Below are positions 25,737 through 35,940 of a stretch of 40,984 nucleotides of DNA, piece by piece. The position numbers and the translations under genes were made by a program. The stretch comes from an uncultured bacterium (GTDB taxonomy: Bacteria; SAR324; NAC60-12), in assembly GCA_965662235.1 (NCBI GenBank), contig CBFIGY010000025.1, forward strand, positions 1 to 40,984, written 5' to 3'. The first letter of the stretch is position 1. Each line of letters opens with the position of its first letter. The notes below the pieces were generated by a model. The model was given only the letters and a program-made list of their open reading frames with translations. It had not been told where the DNA came from and ran no database searches.

Positions 25737-26849
25737 TCACTGGGGGAACTGATGAATTCGGGGAATTCGTTCCGTGAGGCCGGTGAGAATTTCATAGGCG
25801 ATGGTGCCAGTTTGCTGAGCGAGTTCCTCTGCCGTCACCTCCTGAGAGCCTTCCTGCCCAATCAGCGTGGCCCACTCACCGCGCTCAGCAAGGTGGGTTC
25901 CGGTGTCGACCATGAGCTGGTCCATGCACACGCGCCCAATGATGGGCACCCGCTGGCCCCGGAAGAGCACGGGTCCGCCGTTGGAGAGGTGCCGTCGGTA
26001 GCCATCTCCGTACCCAACCGGCAGCGTTGCCACTGTGGTAGGGGCGGTGGCTTGCCAGGAGGCGCCATAGCTAACGGTGGCTCCGGCAGGAACCTGCTTG
26101 CTAAACGACACCTGGGCCTTGAGAGAAAGTGCAGGCTGCACCGGAACCGTCCGATGACTCAGCGGGTCCGGGTAGACTCCATAGAGCAGAAGGCCCGGAC
26201 GGACGCAGTCCAGGTGCGCTTCTGGGAAGTGGAGCACGCCTCCGGAGTTGGCCAGGTGCCGCATGGGCAGCGGTTGCCCCAGCTGCTCCCAGCGGTACAG
26301 CACCTCCTGAAATGCCTCAAGCTGCTGCTGGTTCATCGGGTGGTCGGGGTCGTCCGAGCAGGCAAAGTGCGAATAGAGCCCCCGGACCTCCACCCAGCGG
26401 GAGCGGCCCACGGCTTCCAGCAGGGACTGCGCGTCCCGGGCGCGGGCGCCGGTTCGTTCCATGCCGGTGTCAATCTTGAGCTGAACCGGGAGGCGGGTCC
26501 GCCGGGCTTGGGCAAGAGCTTCGACGGCTTCCAGCAGGGCGTGGTCTCCAATGCTGAAGTCCAGGTGGTGGTCACAAAAGAGCGGAAGCTGGTGGAATTG
26601 GTGACCGCCCAACACCAGAATCGGAGTCTTGATGCCGGCGTTCCGGAGGGTGATGCCTTCTTCCACCAAAGCAACGGCCAGCCACTCCACCCCAAGCTGC
26701 TCATACCAGCGGGCGACCTCCACCAGTCCGTGCCCATAGGCGTTGGCCTTAACCACGGCCATCACCTGAGGCGCTCGGACGTGCTGACGGATGGCGTTGA
26801 GGTTGGCTGCCAGGGCCGCCATGTCAATGGACGCAACAACAGGACGCAT
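25737..26849 (-). CDS. alr: alanine racemase
   Basis: AVVKANAYGHG (PLP Lys), KIDTGMERTG, SHFACSD, HLANSG, VSYG, GRVCMDQ, TIAYEIL. ATG overlaps the upstream TGA. Confidence 0.96.
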   Translation of the reverse strand: MRPVVASIDMAALAANLNAIRQHVRAPQVMAVVKANAYGHGLVEVARWYEQLGVEWLAVALVEEGITLRNAGIKTPILVLGGHQFHQLPLFCDHHLDFSIGDHALLEAVEALAQARRTRLPVQLKIDTGMERTGARARDAQSLLEAVGRSRWVEVRGLYSHFACSDDPDHPMNQQQLEAFQEVLYRWEQLGQPLPMRHLANSGGVLHFPEAHLDCVRPGLLLYGVYPDPLSHRTVPVQPALSLKAQVSFSKQVPAGATVSYGASWQATAPTTVATLPVGYGDGYRRHLSNGGPVLFRGQRVPIIGRVCMDQLMVDTGTHLAERGEWATLIGQEGSQEVTAEELAQQTGTIAYEILTGLTERIPRIHQFPQ

Positions 26850-27472
26850 CAACCGTGTTGGCTGTAGAAGCCGAAGAGCGCGGCACAGAAGAGTTCTAGG
26901 TTCTCCACTTCGGTGTCCTCGGCAATGCGTTCCAGCGTCTCCAGGAAGGGGTCGAAGCCATAAAACTGACGAAAGACCTCTGGGATGCGGACCCGGACCT
27001 TTTGCTCTTGCAGCAAGGGCACCAGTTCATTGACAATGAAAGGAAGAGATTCCGGAGACTCACGCAGTCGCCGCAGGGTGTGCTGGAAGAAGCCTTGGAT
27101 GCGGGTGGACAGGCGTTGCGGATTGCCAGGGAGCTGTGCGGAGGCGGGAAACTTGCCCGGCTTGCGCGGAGGCTGCCCCAGCGAAGACGAGGCCACCTTA
27201 CGCTTCCGGTGCGGGGCTTCGTTGGTGACCACTCCCAGACCATACGCGCCTTCAGCCTCCAGCTTCCGGAAGAGCTGACTGGCCTTCTCTGCCGTCAGGT
27301 CGCTTTCGGCATGCGGAGGCGAGATGGTTCGGCCGAGGAAGGGGTTTTTCAGGTTGCGATAGACTCCATACGTCTCTGCGCCAAACTCATAGGGCAAGGG
27401 CTGGGCACCCTTGATTTTTCCCCCCTCCTGATTGAGGATGAGGGGCACTTTCTCTGTGGGCTTGTCGCTCAT
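26849..27472 (-). CDS. hypothetical protein
   Basis: 207 aa ORF with AAAAGG upstream, coupled to alr by a TGATG overlap. No family recognised. Confidence 0.7.
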   Translation of the reverse strand: MSDKPTEKVPLILNQEGGKIKGAQPLPYEFGAETYGVYRNLKNPFLGRTISPPHAESDLTAEKASQLFRKLEAEGAYGLGVVTNEAPHRKRKVASSSLGQPPRKPGKFPASAQLPGNPQRLSTRIQGFFQHTLRRLRESPESLPFIVNELVPLLQEQKVRVRIPEVFRQFYGFDPFLETLERIAEDTEVENLELFCAALFGFYSQHG

Positions 27473-27605
27473 GATGCCTTTTTGGTGAAGCAGCAGGCTT
27501 TTCGCACCCGTGGGTTCCCATGGATGAGAAAGCGTGTCACAGTTCTTGCTCTAAGTGTTCCTGAGTTACCATTCTAGGCCCACAACGCACGACCCTGGCG
27601 AAACC

Positions 27606-29753
27606 ATGTCGCTCCCGAGATTCTACCAGCAAGCGAAAATCCTGCCACTTCTTCTCACGGGTCTACTGACCCTCCTGAGCACCCTACCGGTGCAGGGAGC
27701 GGATTACGCGGAGACGTGGCAAACGGCGCGGGCGTCCTTTTTTGCCGAACAGCACGAGCAGGCGCTGACGCAGCTGGCGCCTCTGCTGCAGGAGGACACT
27801 CCTTCCTCGTGGCAGCAGCGTGGCTGGATGCTCGCCGGCAAGAGTCTCCTGGCCCTGGGACGTCCCCAGGAAGCCAAGCAGTGGTTTGAAAAGGTGTCGC
27901 TCCCGGAAAATGAGCACTACGACCTCTGGCTGTACTATCGTGCCCAAAGTCACCTGCAGGCTCAAGAGTACGAGCGGGCCTTTTACCTGCTGGAGCTGTT
28001 GCTGCAGCACCCGCGTTACGAATCTTACCTAGACCGCATCCGTGAGGACCTAGCTGAGTACGCTCAGGCTCCAGAGGCCGGGGCGCCGCTGCTGGGCCTG
28101 ATGAAGAACCCGCAGAATCCGGTGACGTCGCTGCTGGAGGATGACCGCATCTACCGCCTCTACAGCGCCGCTGCTCAGCGAGCGGGGCAACCTGTTCCCC
28201 TCGAGCAGCAGCTCCTTGCCTGGAAGAACCCGAACAGCGAAACCGCCGCCCGTCAGACGCAGCAACTGATTGAGCAGCAACAGACCCCGGTCAGCGACGA
28301 TGCGGTCCGGGACCGTGTCCGCTCCCTGCGCCGCCTCCGGGACCGGGACTACCTGCTGGAGCAACTGCCGCTGCTGATGAAGGGACGCTCTGCGGAGCTC
28401 CGGGCAGAGCTAGGCAAGCTCTACATCCGGACCCTCTTTCTGGCCCGTGAGTACTCCCGCATGGTCCGGATCTACCAGCGAGAGGAGTTTCAAGAGCGTT
28501 ACGCGGTTCCAGAAGCGGCCGAGTACTACTGGATGATGCGGGCCTACCAACGGCTCAAGCGGACCAAAGACGCCCGCTTCCTCCTCTACAAGCTGGAGAA
28601 GGAGCACCCTCAGTCCTTCTTCCTGCCCCTGGGTTACGAGCAGATGGCTTCGTATTACCAGGGCCAGCGGGAGTATGAAAATGCGGCCTTCTGGTGGCGT
28701 CGCTTCATAGAAAGGGTTCCCAAGCACCGAGACCGAGAGGGCATGCTCTGGAACCTGGCTTGGCATCACTCACGCGGCAAGGGCTTCCTGACCGCCTTGA
28801 AGTACCTCGATCAGGGTCTCCAGGAGGAAACGCTGGGGCCTGAGACCGAGGCGAAGTTCCTCTACTGGAGTGGACAGTTTCACCTGAGGTTGCAGCAAAA
28901 CAAGGAGGCGCAGGAGAGCTTTGTCGCCCTTGCAGAGAAGCTTCCGAACACCTACTACGGCCTCCGGCTGCGCCGTGACCAGCCCGACCTCTTTCCTCCG
29001 CCTCAGAAGCCCAAGGCTCTTACGGAACTGGACCTGCAGCTCACGCGGCAGGAAGCCTCTTTCCTCCAGCACTGCGAATTCCTCTTTGAGGTCCTGGAGT
29101 CCGATCTAGCCGTGTGGCGGATCCGGCAGGCGTTTCAGGACAAGCCCAGTCAGGCCCTGGTGCTGGAGGCCGGGATGGTCCTGCAGCGTTACCAGGAGTA
29201 CCACGCGTTGCAGAAGCTTGTGGCCGGACGCTTCATCCAGAGCCTGAAGTCTCAGGATGTGGACGGACAGCCGGTCTGGACCATGGTCTTCCCCCGTCCG
29301 TACTGGGAGCAGGTGCAGCACTACTCAGAAGATGCCGGAATTGATCCCTACTGGGCCCTAGCGATCATGCGTGAAGAGAGCCTCTTTGATCCGCAGGCGG
29401 TGTCTTATGCCAACGCGATGGGACTGATGCAGCTGATGCCGGCCACTGCCAAGGATGTGGCCAGCTGGAAGAACATGAACCTCCGCATTCCGGATGACAT
29501 CTTCAACCCCCACATCAACGCTCAGCTGGGCACCAGCTACCTCGGACACCTCGCCCGTCGGTTTGAGGAAGAACTCATTCTGACCGCCGGCAGCTACAAC
29601 GCGGGCCCCGGGAACATGAACAAGTGGCTCAAGCGCATCCAGTTCCGCTCCATTGATGAGTTTGTGGAAGACATCCCATTTGAAGAAACCCGCAACTACG
29701 TCAAGCGCGTTTACCGGACCTATCAGATCTACAAGCAGCTGTACCAAAGCTAG
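27606..29753 (+). CDS. soluble lytic transglycosylase (SLT domain) with TPR-like helical repeats
   Basis: Signal peptide, helical repeats, AIMREESLFDP (catalytic Glu), AMGLMQLMPATA, SYNAGPG, ETRNYVKRV. Start placed at MSLPRF (27606). Confidence 0.9.
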   Translation: MSLPRFYQQAKILPLLLTGLLTLLSTLPVQGADYAETWQTARASFFAEQHEQALTQLAPLLQEDTPSSWQQRGWMLAGKSLLALGRPQEAKQWFEKVSLPENEHYDLWLYYRAQSHLQAQEYERAFYLLELLLQHPRYESYLDRIREDLAEYAQAPEAGAPLLGLMKNPQNPVTSLLEDDRIYRLYSAAAQRAGQPVPLEQQLLAWKNPNSETAARQTQQLIEQQQTPVSDDAVRDRVRSLRRLRDRDYLLEQLPLLMKGRSAELRAELGKLYIRTLFLAREYSRMVRIYQREEFQERYAVPEAAEYYWMMRAYQRLKRTKDARFLLYKLEKEHPQSFFLPLGYEQMASYYQGQREYENAAFWWRRFIERVPKHRDREGMLWNLAWHHSRGKGFLTALKYLDQGLQEETLGPETEAKFLYWSGQFHLRLQQNKEAQESFVALAEKLPNTYYGLRLRRDQPDLFPPPQKPKALTELDLQLTRQEASFLQHCEFLFEVLESDLAVWRIRQAFQDKPSQALVLEAGMVLQRYQEYHALQKLVAGRFIQSLKSQDVDGQPVWTMVFPRPYWEQVQHYSEDAGIDPYWALAIMREESLFDPQAVSYANAMGLMQLMPATAKDVASWKNMNLRIPDDIFNPHINAQLGTSYLGHLARRFEEELILTAGSYNAGPGNMNKWLKRIQFRSIDEFVEDIPFEETRNYVKRVYRTYQIYKQLYQS

Positions 29754-29877
29754 TGCTCTCCCTCAGGGAGTCTGAAAACGCTGGACTCGCCCCAGTAAAT
29801 CCGGACAATGCCTCTTCCGGTTGTTTGAGGTGCGCTTGGTGTTTCAAACAGTTTCCCCTCACTTCCATAGGAGACTC

Positions 29878-30660
29878 ATGCGCTTTGCTGCACTATCCCC
29901 CGTTGGCCTGCACTACCGCATTTCGGGCAACCCCAAGGGGCCTGCGGTGCTCTTCCTCAATCCCCTCGGCACCGACCTTCGCCTCTGGAACCGGGTCATT
30001 CCAGGCTTCCAGGAACGCTTTCGGGTGATCCGCGTTGATCACCGGGGGCAGGGACTTTCGGATGCCCCAGAAGGTCCCTACACCATCTTTGAGATGGCTG
30101 AGGACGTGGCCCGTTTGCTCGACCACCTAGAAATCCGTTCGGCTTCCGTGATTGGCCTCTCCATTGGGGGCATGGTTGCTCAGGCGCTTGCCTCGATTCG
30201 CCCGGAGCTGGTGTTCCGCCTGATCCTCTGTGACACCGGCGCTGTGATTGGGACTCCGGAAAGTTGGGAAGAACGCCGGCAGGCGGTCCTCTCTGGGGGA
30301 ATGGAGGCGGTCGCCGACGCCACCTTGGAGCGTTGGCTTCCGGAGGAGTACCGCAACGGTCACCCGGAAGAACTTTCCCTCTGGCGGAACCTCTTGCTCC
30401 GGACCTCCCTGCAGGGCTACCTGGGAGCCTGTGCGGCCCTCCGGGACGCCGACCTGACGGAATCCACCCGGGCGCTCAGTGTTCCGTCGCTGGTGCTCTG
30501 TGGCTCAGAAGACCAGGTGACTCCGCCGTCACTCGGTGAGGCGCTGGCCGACCTGATCACAGGCGCAGAGTTTGACCTCATTGAAGGCGCTGCGCACCTG
30601 CCCTGCCTGGATCGCTCCGAACTGCTGGGGCACCGCATCCGGCAGTTCCTCGCAGGCTGA
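29878..30660 (+). CDS. pcaD: 3-oxoadipate enol-lactonase-like alpha/beta hydrolase
   Basis: NPLGTDLRLW, DHRGQG.S, GLSIGG nucleophile elbow, GSEDQVTPP, AAHLPC. AGGAG precedes ATG 29878. Confidence 0.8.
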   Translation: MRFAALSPVGLHYRISGNPKGPAVLFLNPLGTDLRLWNRVIPGFQERFRVIRVDHRGQGLSDAPEGPYTIFEMAEDVARLLDHLEIRSASVIGLSIGGMVAQALASIRPELVFRLILCDTGAVIGTPESWEERRQAVLSGGMEAVADATLERWLPEEYRNGHPEELSLWRNLLLRTSLQGYLGACAALRDADLTESTRALSVPSLVLCGSEDQVTPPSLGEALADLITGAEFDLIEGAAHLPCLDRSELLGHRIRQFLAG

Positions 30661-30674
30661 CGTTTGGAGGCCGG

Positions 30675-31502
30675 GTGAGGGAAGCGTTTCTGCGAGCGTT
30701 CTCAGAGCTGTTTGCCCAGCAGACGCCGTTTGTCTCGGTGACCCTGGTGGAAGCAAAGGGCAGCACGCCCCAAGACGCAGGTAGTCGGATGCTGGTTACG
30801 GCTTCAGGACGGCACTGGGGCACCGTCGGGGGCGGACGTGTGGAGCAAAAGGCCCTGCAGGAAGCCCAGACGCTGCTGCTGCAGTGGGCTCCGGGGCCCT
30901 GCTTCCAGCGCTGGAACCTGAACAAGGACGTGGGCATGACCTGTGGCGGGTCCGTTTCGCTGTTCTTTGAGCCCGTGCACGTGCATCCGTGGCAAGTGGT
31001 GGTTTACGGAGCAGGTCATGTGGCGCAAGCGCTCATTCCCCTTCTGCTTCCGCTCGACGTTCAGGTCAGCTGCCTCGACTCGCGTGCCGAGTGGCTGGAA
31101 CGGCTTCCGGAAGCATCAAACCTGCACCTCCAGGAAGCGGCTGACCTGCCCGCAACGGTTGACTCCATCTCCCCGCATGCCTTTGTCCTGTGCATGACCT
31201 CCGGACACCGCACCGACCGGCCCATTCTGCAGCGTTTCTTGGAGCGAGGTGGGCAGGCCTTCCTTGGTGCAATTGGCAGTCGGGCCAAGGCAGCCACCCT
31301 CCGACGTGAGCTGCAGGAGAACGGCTTGACCGCTGAACAGGTGCAGTCCTTCTTTTGTCCGCTCGGGTGGTCGGTGGGCACCAACCATCCGCAGGAAATT
31401 GCCATCAGCATCACCGCCCAGCTCCTGCACGAGCGTGACCAACGGGCAGGCGTTGAGCATCACCGGAACCCGCTTCCGCCTTCTGCCTCTTCTTCCGCCT
31501 AA
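30675..31502 (+). CDS. xdhC: xanthine dehydrogenase accessory protein XdhC
   Basis: GSTPQDAGSRM, GTVGGGRVE, VGMTCGG, YGAGHVAQAL, GAIGSRAK, PQEIAISI. Confidence 0.9.
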   Translation: MREAFLRAFSELFAQQTPFVSVTLVEAKGSTPQDAGSRMLVTASGRHWGTVGGGRVEQKALQEAQTLLLQWAPGPCFQRWNLNKDVGMTCGGSVSLFFEPVHVHPWQVVVYGAGHVAQALIPLLLPLDVQVSCLDSRAEWLERLPEASNLHLQEAADLPATVDSISPHAFVLCMTSGHRTDRPILQRFLERGGQAFLGAIGSRAKAATLRRELQENGLTAEQVQSFFCPLGWSVGTNHPQEIAISITAQLLHERDQRAGVEHHRNPLPPSASSSA

Positions 31503-31625
31503 GGAGAAATGCCCCGGCTTGGCGCCCGCGTCTTGCTCTCCCGTCCGGAATCCCGCACAATGCTGAGTTTACTCCGTTAAGCACCTGCAATCATACCATC
31601 CGAATTTTTCCTGCTTTTTCCCCAA

Positions 31626-34600
31626 ATGAGCCTTCCGCTTTCCGAAGTCTTTCCGCGACTCCAGCACACGTCTGGCCTCCTTCACCTTGATGGCCTCCAG
31701 GGGTCGAGCAAGGCCCTGCTGCTGAACCTGCTGCAGCATGCGCGCAAGCGTCCGTTTGTGGTGGTCTGTGAGTCGTTTGAGGTGGCCGAGCGCCTGCACA
31801 CCGACCTGGCCTACTTTGGGGGCACCGAGGGCCTCCGCTTTTTCCCGCACTGGGACGTGCTTCCGTATGACAACTTTTCCCCTCACCGGTCCCTGACGGC
31901 GGAGCGTTTTCAGACCCTGCAGGCCCTGTTGAAGGGAGAGGCGCGTTTGATTGTCACCACCCCTCACGCGATCATGCAGAAGCTGATGCCGCGTCGGGTG
32001 TTTGAAGCGGCGACCCTGCGCCTCAAAGCAGGGCAGCCTGAGGTGCTGAGCACCCTCAGCCGTCTGCTCCGGGAGAGCGGCTACGTTTCCGTGGACACGG
32101 TGGAGGATCAGGGGGAGTTTGGCCTCCATGGGCACATCCTAGACCTGTTCCCAATGGGAGCGTCGCATCCGTTTCGCTTGGAGTGGAAAGCGGAAGACGG
32201 GGTAGAGGTGCTGGAGCGCATCCTGCCGTTTGACGTGCAGACTCAGCTGAGTCGGGCCGAGGAAGTGGAAGCTTTGGAACTGCTTCCGGCGGCTGAAGTG
32301 CTCTTCACGGAAGCCTCGCAGCAGAAAGCGCGTCTGGCCCTCAGTGAACGTCGCAAGGACTGCGGGCCTCAGGTGTTCCGGGACCTTGACCGGCACCTGC
32401 GAGACGCCGAGGTGTTCCCAGGCATGGAGTCGCTGGCGCCGCTCTTCTTTGGTGCGCTGGAAACCCTGCTCGACTACCTTCCGGAAGAGGCGCAGCTGGT
32501 GTTTGATGAAGAGGAGGTGCTCCACGACCGCGCAGAGCATTTTTACAGCGAGGTCTTCATGGAGTACGAACTCAGCCTGCAGCAGGAACGCCTGACGCTG
32601 CCGCCGGAGCTGCTGTTTCTGGACCACCGGGAGTTCAAGCGTCTGGCAGACCAGCGCCTCAACCTGACCGTTCAGGCAGAAGAACCCCGAGACGCCTTTG
32701 GGGAGCGCCTCCGCCTGCCGTTCATCAGCAACCGCAAGCTGCGTGAGGGCTTCCGGGACCATGCCGCGCTCTCAGCCTCTGGACACGCGGTGCAGCGTCT
32801 CACGGAGTGGCAACAGGAAGCCCGGCATGTGCTGCTGAGCGCCCGGAACCAGACGCAGGCCGATCACTTCCGGATGCTGCTGGAGGACCTCAGCGTGGAA
32901 GCGCACCCGTGGGCGACCGGCGGACAGGTGGACGAGTGGCAGGCGTGGCTGCTAGGGAAAACGCTGCCGCAGGCGCCTGAAGGCGGATTTCCGATTTTGA
33001 GTGGGACGCTGTCTGCAGGCTTCCAGCTGCTCAGTCCGGAAGGTGCAGTGCTCTTTGCGCTGGTGACTGAAGAGGAAATCTTTGGTGAAAAGACCCGGAG
33101 CCGCCGCACGCAGCGGGCCCAGGTTCAGGCAACCGCCGGAAGCCTAGACGACCTCAAGGAAAACGACCTAGTGGTCCACCTCGACCACGGCATTGGCCGC
33201 TACCGCGGTCTGCAGAAGATTGACGCTGGTGGGCAGTCGCACGAGTTCATGCTCATCACCTTCGCCCGTGATGAGAAGGTTTATGTCCCCATTGGCAAGT
33301 TCCACCTGGTCCAGAAGTACGTCAACCCAGACGGTGGACCTGCGAAGCTGAACAAGCTGGGAGACAAGGTTTGGAAGAAGACCCGGGCGCGTGTTGCCAA
33401 GGCGGTGGAAGACATTGCCGAGGAGTTGGCCGAAATTTACGCCAAACGGAAGGCACGTCGCGGAATCGTCTATGCTCCGGATGACCATGACATGAAGGAA
33501 TTCGAGCTGGGCTTTCCCTTTGAGGAGACTCCCGATCAGCTGCAGGCGATTGAGCTGGTCAAGAAGGACATGGAGGCAGAGACGCCAATGGATCGGCTCA
33601 TCTGCGGAGACGTGGGGTTTGGCAAAACCGAGATTGCCATGCGGGCCGCGTTCAAGGCCGCCAGTCAGGGCAAGCAGGTGGTCGTGTTGGTGCCAACAAC
33701 CATTTTGGCACAGCAGCACTACACGTCCTTCCAGAAGCGCTTTGCCGATTCGCCCTTCCTCATTGACGTCCTCAGCCGCTTCCGGAGCACGGCCGAGCAA
33801 AAGGAAACCCTCAAGAAGCTTCAGGACAAACGCCTCGACATCCTCATTGGCACCCATCGGTTGCTTTCCAAAGACGTCAAGTTTGCCGACCTTGGGCTGC
33901 TGATTGTCGATGAGGAACAGCGGTTCGGGGTCAAGCACAAGGAACGCATCAAGCAGTTCCGGGCCGAAGTGGACGTTTTGACCCTCTCAGCGACTCCGAT
34001 TCCACGGACCCTGCACATGTCCCTGATGGGCATCCGGGACCTGACGATCATCAACACGCCTCCGGCGGACCGCATGGCCATCCGGACCCGCTTGGTGCAG
34101 GCCAACGATTACATCATCCAGGAAGCTGTGGGGCGGGAAATCCGCCGAGGCGGGCAGGTGTTCATTGTCCACAACCGTGTGGAAAGCATCTATGAGTACG
34201 GCAATTACCTGCAGCGGATCCTTCCGGAGGTCCGGGTGGTGGTTGGGCACGGACAGATGGGGGAGCATCAGCTGGAGCAGGTGATGATGGACTTCATTGA
34301 AGGGCGGGCAGACGTGTTGTTGGCCACCACGATCATTGAGTCCGGGCTCGACATTCCTCGCGCCAACACCATCATTGTCAACAATGCCGACCACTTTGGC
34401 CTGGCTCAGCTGTACCAGCTCCGGGGACGCGTTGGGCGCAGTAATGTGCAGGCCTACGCTTACCTGCTTGTGTCTCCTGAAAAAATCCTCAATAGTGTCG
34501 CCCGGGAACGTTTGCAGGTGCTGCAGGACCTCAATGACCTGGGGGCCGGTTTCAAGGTCGCGTCCCGGGACCTAGAGATCCGTGGAGCCGGGAACCTGCT

Positions 34601-35174
34601 GGGGTCCGAACAGTCTGGACAGATTGCCAGCGTGGGACTGGAACTGTACACGCAGATGGTCGAACGTGCGGTCAAACGCCTTCAGCAGCAGGACGCGCCT
34701 CAGCTGGAAAGCGAGGAGATCCGGGTTAACTTCGACCACATTCCGCAGGAAATTCCAGAAAGCTACATCCGCAGCACCAACCAGCGCCTGTCGCTTTACA
34801 AGGCCCTGGCGGGGCTGCCGGATGAGGACGCCGTCTGGGAACTCCGCAACGCCACCGAAAACCGCTTTGGGCCAATGCCTGAGATGATGCTCAACCTTTT
34901 CAAACTGGCACAGATCCGACTCTGGGCGCAGCGTCAAGGCGTCACGTCGGTCGAGCACCGCAGCCAGGCCATTCGGCTGCAGCTGGCGGATTCCGGGCGC
35001 ATCAATCCCGACCAGCTCATTGCCTGGCTTTCGGAACCGGACTGTGCGCTGCGGTACATTCCAGAAAACACGCTGGAGGTCCGCAATGTGGCGTCTGACC
35101 TAGACGACATCCTCTTTGAGCTCCGCCAGCTGGATCCCCTTTTTCAGCCGGGCACCACGCCCGTTCCGGCCTGA
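31626..35174 (+). CDS. mfd: transcription-repair coupling factor
   Basis: LPYDNFSP, VVHLDHGIGRY (RID), FEETPDQ, CGDVGFGKTE, DEEQRFGV, SATPIPRT, QLRGRVGR, DLEIRGAGNLLG, C-terminal TRCF domain. Confidence 0.97.
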   Translation: MSLPLSEVFPRLQHTSGLLHLDGLQGSSKALLLNLLQHARKRPFVVVCESFEVAERLHTDLAYFGGTEGLRFFPHWDVLPYDNFSPHRSLTAERFQTLQALLKGEARLIVTTPHAIMQKLMPRRVFEAATLRLKAGQPEVLSTLSRLLRESGYVSVDTVEDQGEFGLHGHILDLFPMGASHPFRLEWKAEDGVEVLERILPFDVQTQLSRAEEVEALELLPAAEVLFTEASQQKARLALSERRKDCGPQVFRDLDRHLRDAEVFPGMESLAPLFFGALETLLDYLPEEAQLVFDEEEVLHDRAEHFYSEVFMEYELSLQQERLTLPPELLFLDHREFKRLADQRLNLTVQAEEPRDAFGERLRLPFISNRKLREGFRDHAALSASGHAVQRLTEWQQEARHVLLSARNQTQADHFRMLLEDLSVEAHPWATGGQVDEWQAWLLGKTLPQAPEGGFPILSGTLSAGFQLLSPEGAVLFALVTEEEIFGEKTRSRRTQRAQVQATAGSLDDLKENDLVVHLDHGIGRYRGLQKIDAGGQSHEFMLITFARDEKVYVPIGKFHLVQKYVNPDGGPAKLNKLGDKVWKKTRARVAKAVEDIAEELAEIYAKRKARRGIVYAPDDHDMKEFELGFPFEETPDQLQAIELVKKDMEAETPMDRLICGDVGFGKTEIAMRAAFKAASQGKQVVVLVPTTILAQQHYTSFQKRFADSPFLIDVLSRFRSTAEQKETLKKLQDKRLDILIGTHRLLSKDVKFADLGLLIVDEEQRFGVKHKERIKQFRAEVDVLTLSATPIPRTLHMSLMGIRDLTIINTPPADRMAIRTRLVQANDYIIQEAVGREIRRGGQVFIVHNRVESIYEYGNYLQRILPEVRVVVGHGQMGEHQLEQVMMDFIEGRADVLLATTIIESGLDIPRANTIIVNNADHFGLAQLYQLRGRVGRSNVQAYAYLLVSPEKILNSVARERLQVLQDLNDLGAGFKVASRDLEIRGAGNLLGSEQSGQIASVGLELYTQMVERAVKRLQQQDAPQLESEEIRVNFDHIPQEIPESYIRSTNQRLSLYKALAGLPDEDAVWELRNATENRFGPMPEMMLNLFKLAQIRLWAQRQGVTSVEHRSQAIRLQLADSGRINPDQLIAWLSEPDCALRYIPENTLEVRNVASDLDDILFELRQLDPLFQPGTTPVPA

Positions 35175-35183
35175 ACCGCGCCA

Positions 35184-35846
35184 ATGCAGTCGCTGAACTC
35201 CTGGACCCGGGAGCTGGAAGGATTGCTGGAGCAGGTTGCTCAGCTGCTGGATGCGCTCCACACCCTTCCCTTTCACCACGAGTGGCCCGGGTCACCACCG
35301 GGGCGGCTGTACCAGCAGGCGCTGGAGGGAATGGAACGGGCTCTGCTGGAGTTCTGGAAGCAGCGTGAAGCCCCCATTGCAGAGCTGGAGCAGGCGGTGC
35401 AGACTTGGTTTCTGCACGATCAACGGAACCCGGATGGGGTGCTGCGGGGGTGCCTCCAGTGGAACGAGGCGCTGCTGGACGCGCTGATGCTGCTGGAGCC
35501 GGAGCGTCGGGCTGCCGGGTGGCCCGGATTTTTGGAAGCTGCCATGCTTCAGGAACCGCACCTGCTGGCACGACTGAAGTCTCCGGAAAGTGGCGTCTCC
35601 CCAGAAGCCCGCCAGGCGCTCGCCCTGGGGTACCTGGAGCACATGCACCCCCTTCATCAAGCCCCGCTGAGCCGGCTGGGCGTCCGCTTCTTCTCCCTGC
35701 TCTCCGCCTTCACCCGCAAGAGCGTCTTCCTCCCCGATCTTCACCTCCCCGATCCAGACCAGCCTGCCTTTCAGGCCTCCCTTGCCTCGGCTCAACGCTG
35801 GGACCGCTTCCAAGACGAATTCCTCCACGCCCTCAACCTGAAGTAA
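35184..35846 (+). CDS. hypothetical helical protein
   Basis: 220 aa ORF starting 9 bp after the mfd stop on the same strand. No family recognised. Confidence 0.65.
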   Translation: MQSLNSWTRELEGLLEQVAQLLDALHTLPFHHEWPGSPPGRLYQQALEGMERALLEFWKQREAPIAELEQAVQTWFLHDQRNPDGVLRGCLQWNEALLDALMLLEPERRAAGWPGFLEAAMLQEPHLLARLKSPESGVSPEARQALALGYLEHMHPLHQAPLSRLGVRFFSLLSAFTRKSVFLPDLHLPDPDQPAFQASLASAQRWDRFQDEFLHALNLK

Positions 35847-35875
35847 CCTTCCCGGCTATCCGGACAAAATGAGGC

Positions 35876-35904
35876 TTGACCTGCCTGTTTGTTATCGATA
35901 ACAT
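35876..35904 (+). promoter_or_regulatory. sigma70 promoter overlapped by a LacI-family operator
   Basis: TTGACC (35876-35881), 17 bp spacer, TAACAT (35899-35904). The perfect palindrome TGTTATCGATAACA (35890-35903) fits TGTTA-N4-TAACA. Confidence 0.8.
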
Positions 35905-35940
35905 CTGTCCACACTTGGGGGATGGGACCTTAAATGGAGC

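Noticed and set aside
30675..31502. xdhC as maturation factor for the Mo enzyme at 13241-16087
   Set aside because: XdhC serves xanthine oxidase-family enzymes, not bis-MGD DMSO-reductase-family enzymes, and it lies about 14.5 kb away in another operon.
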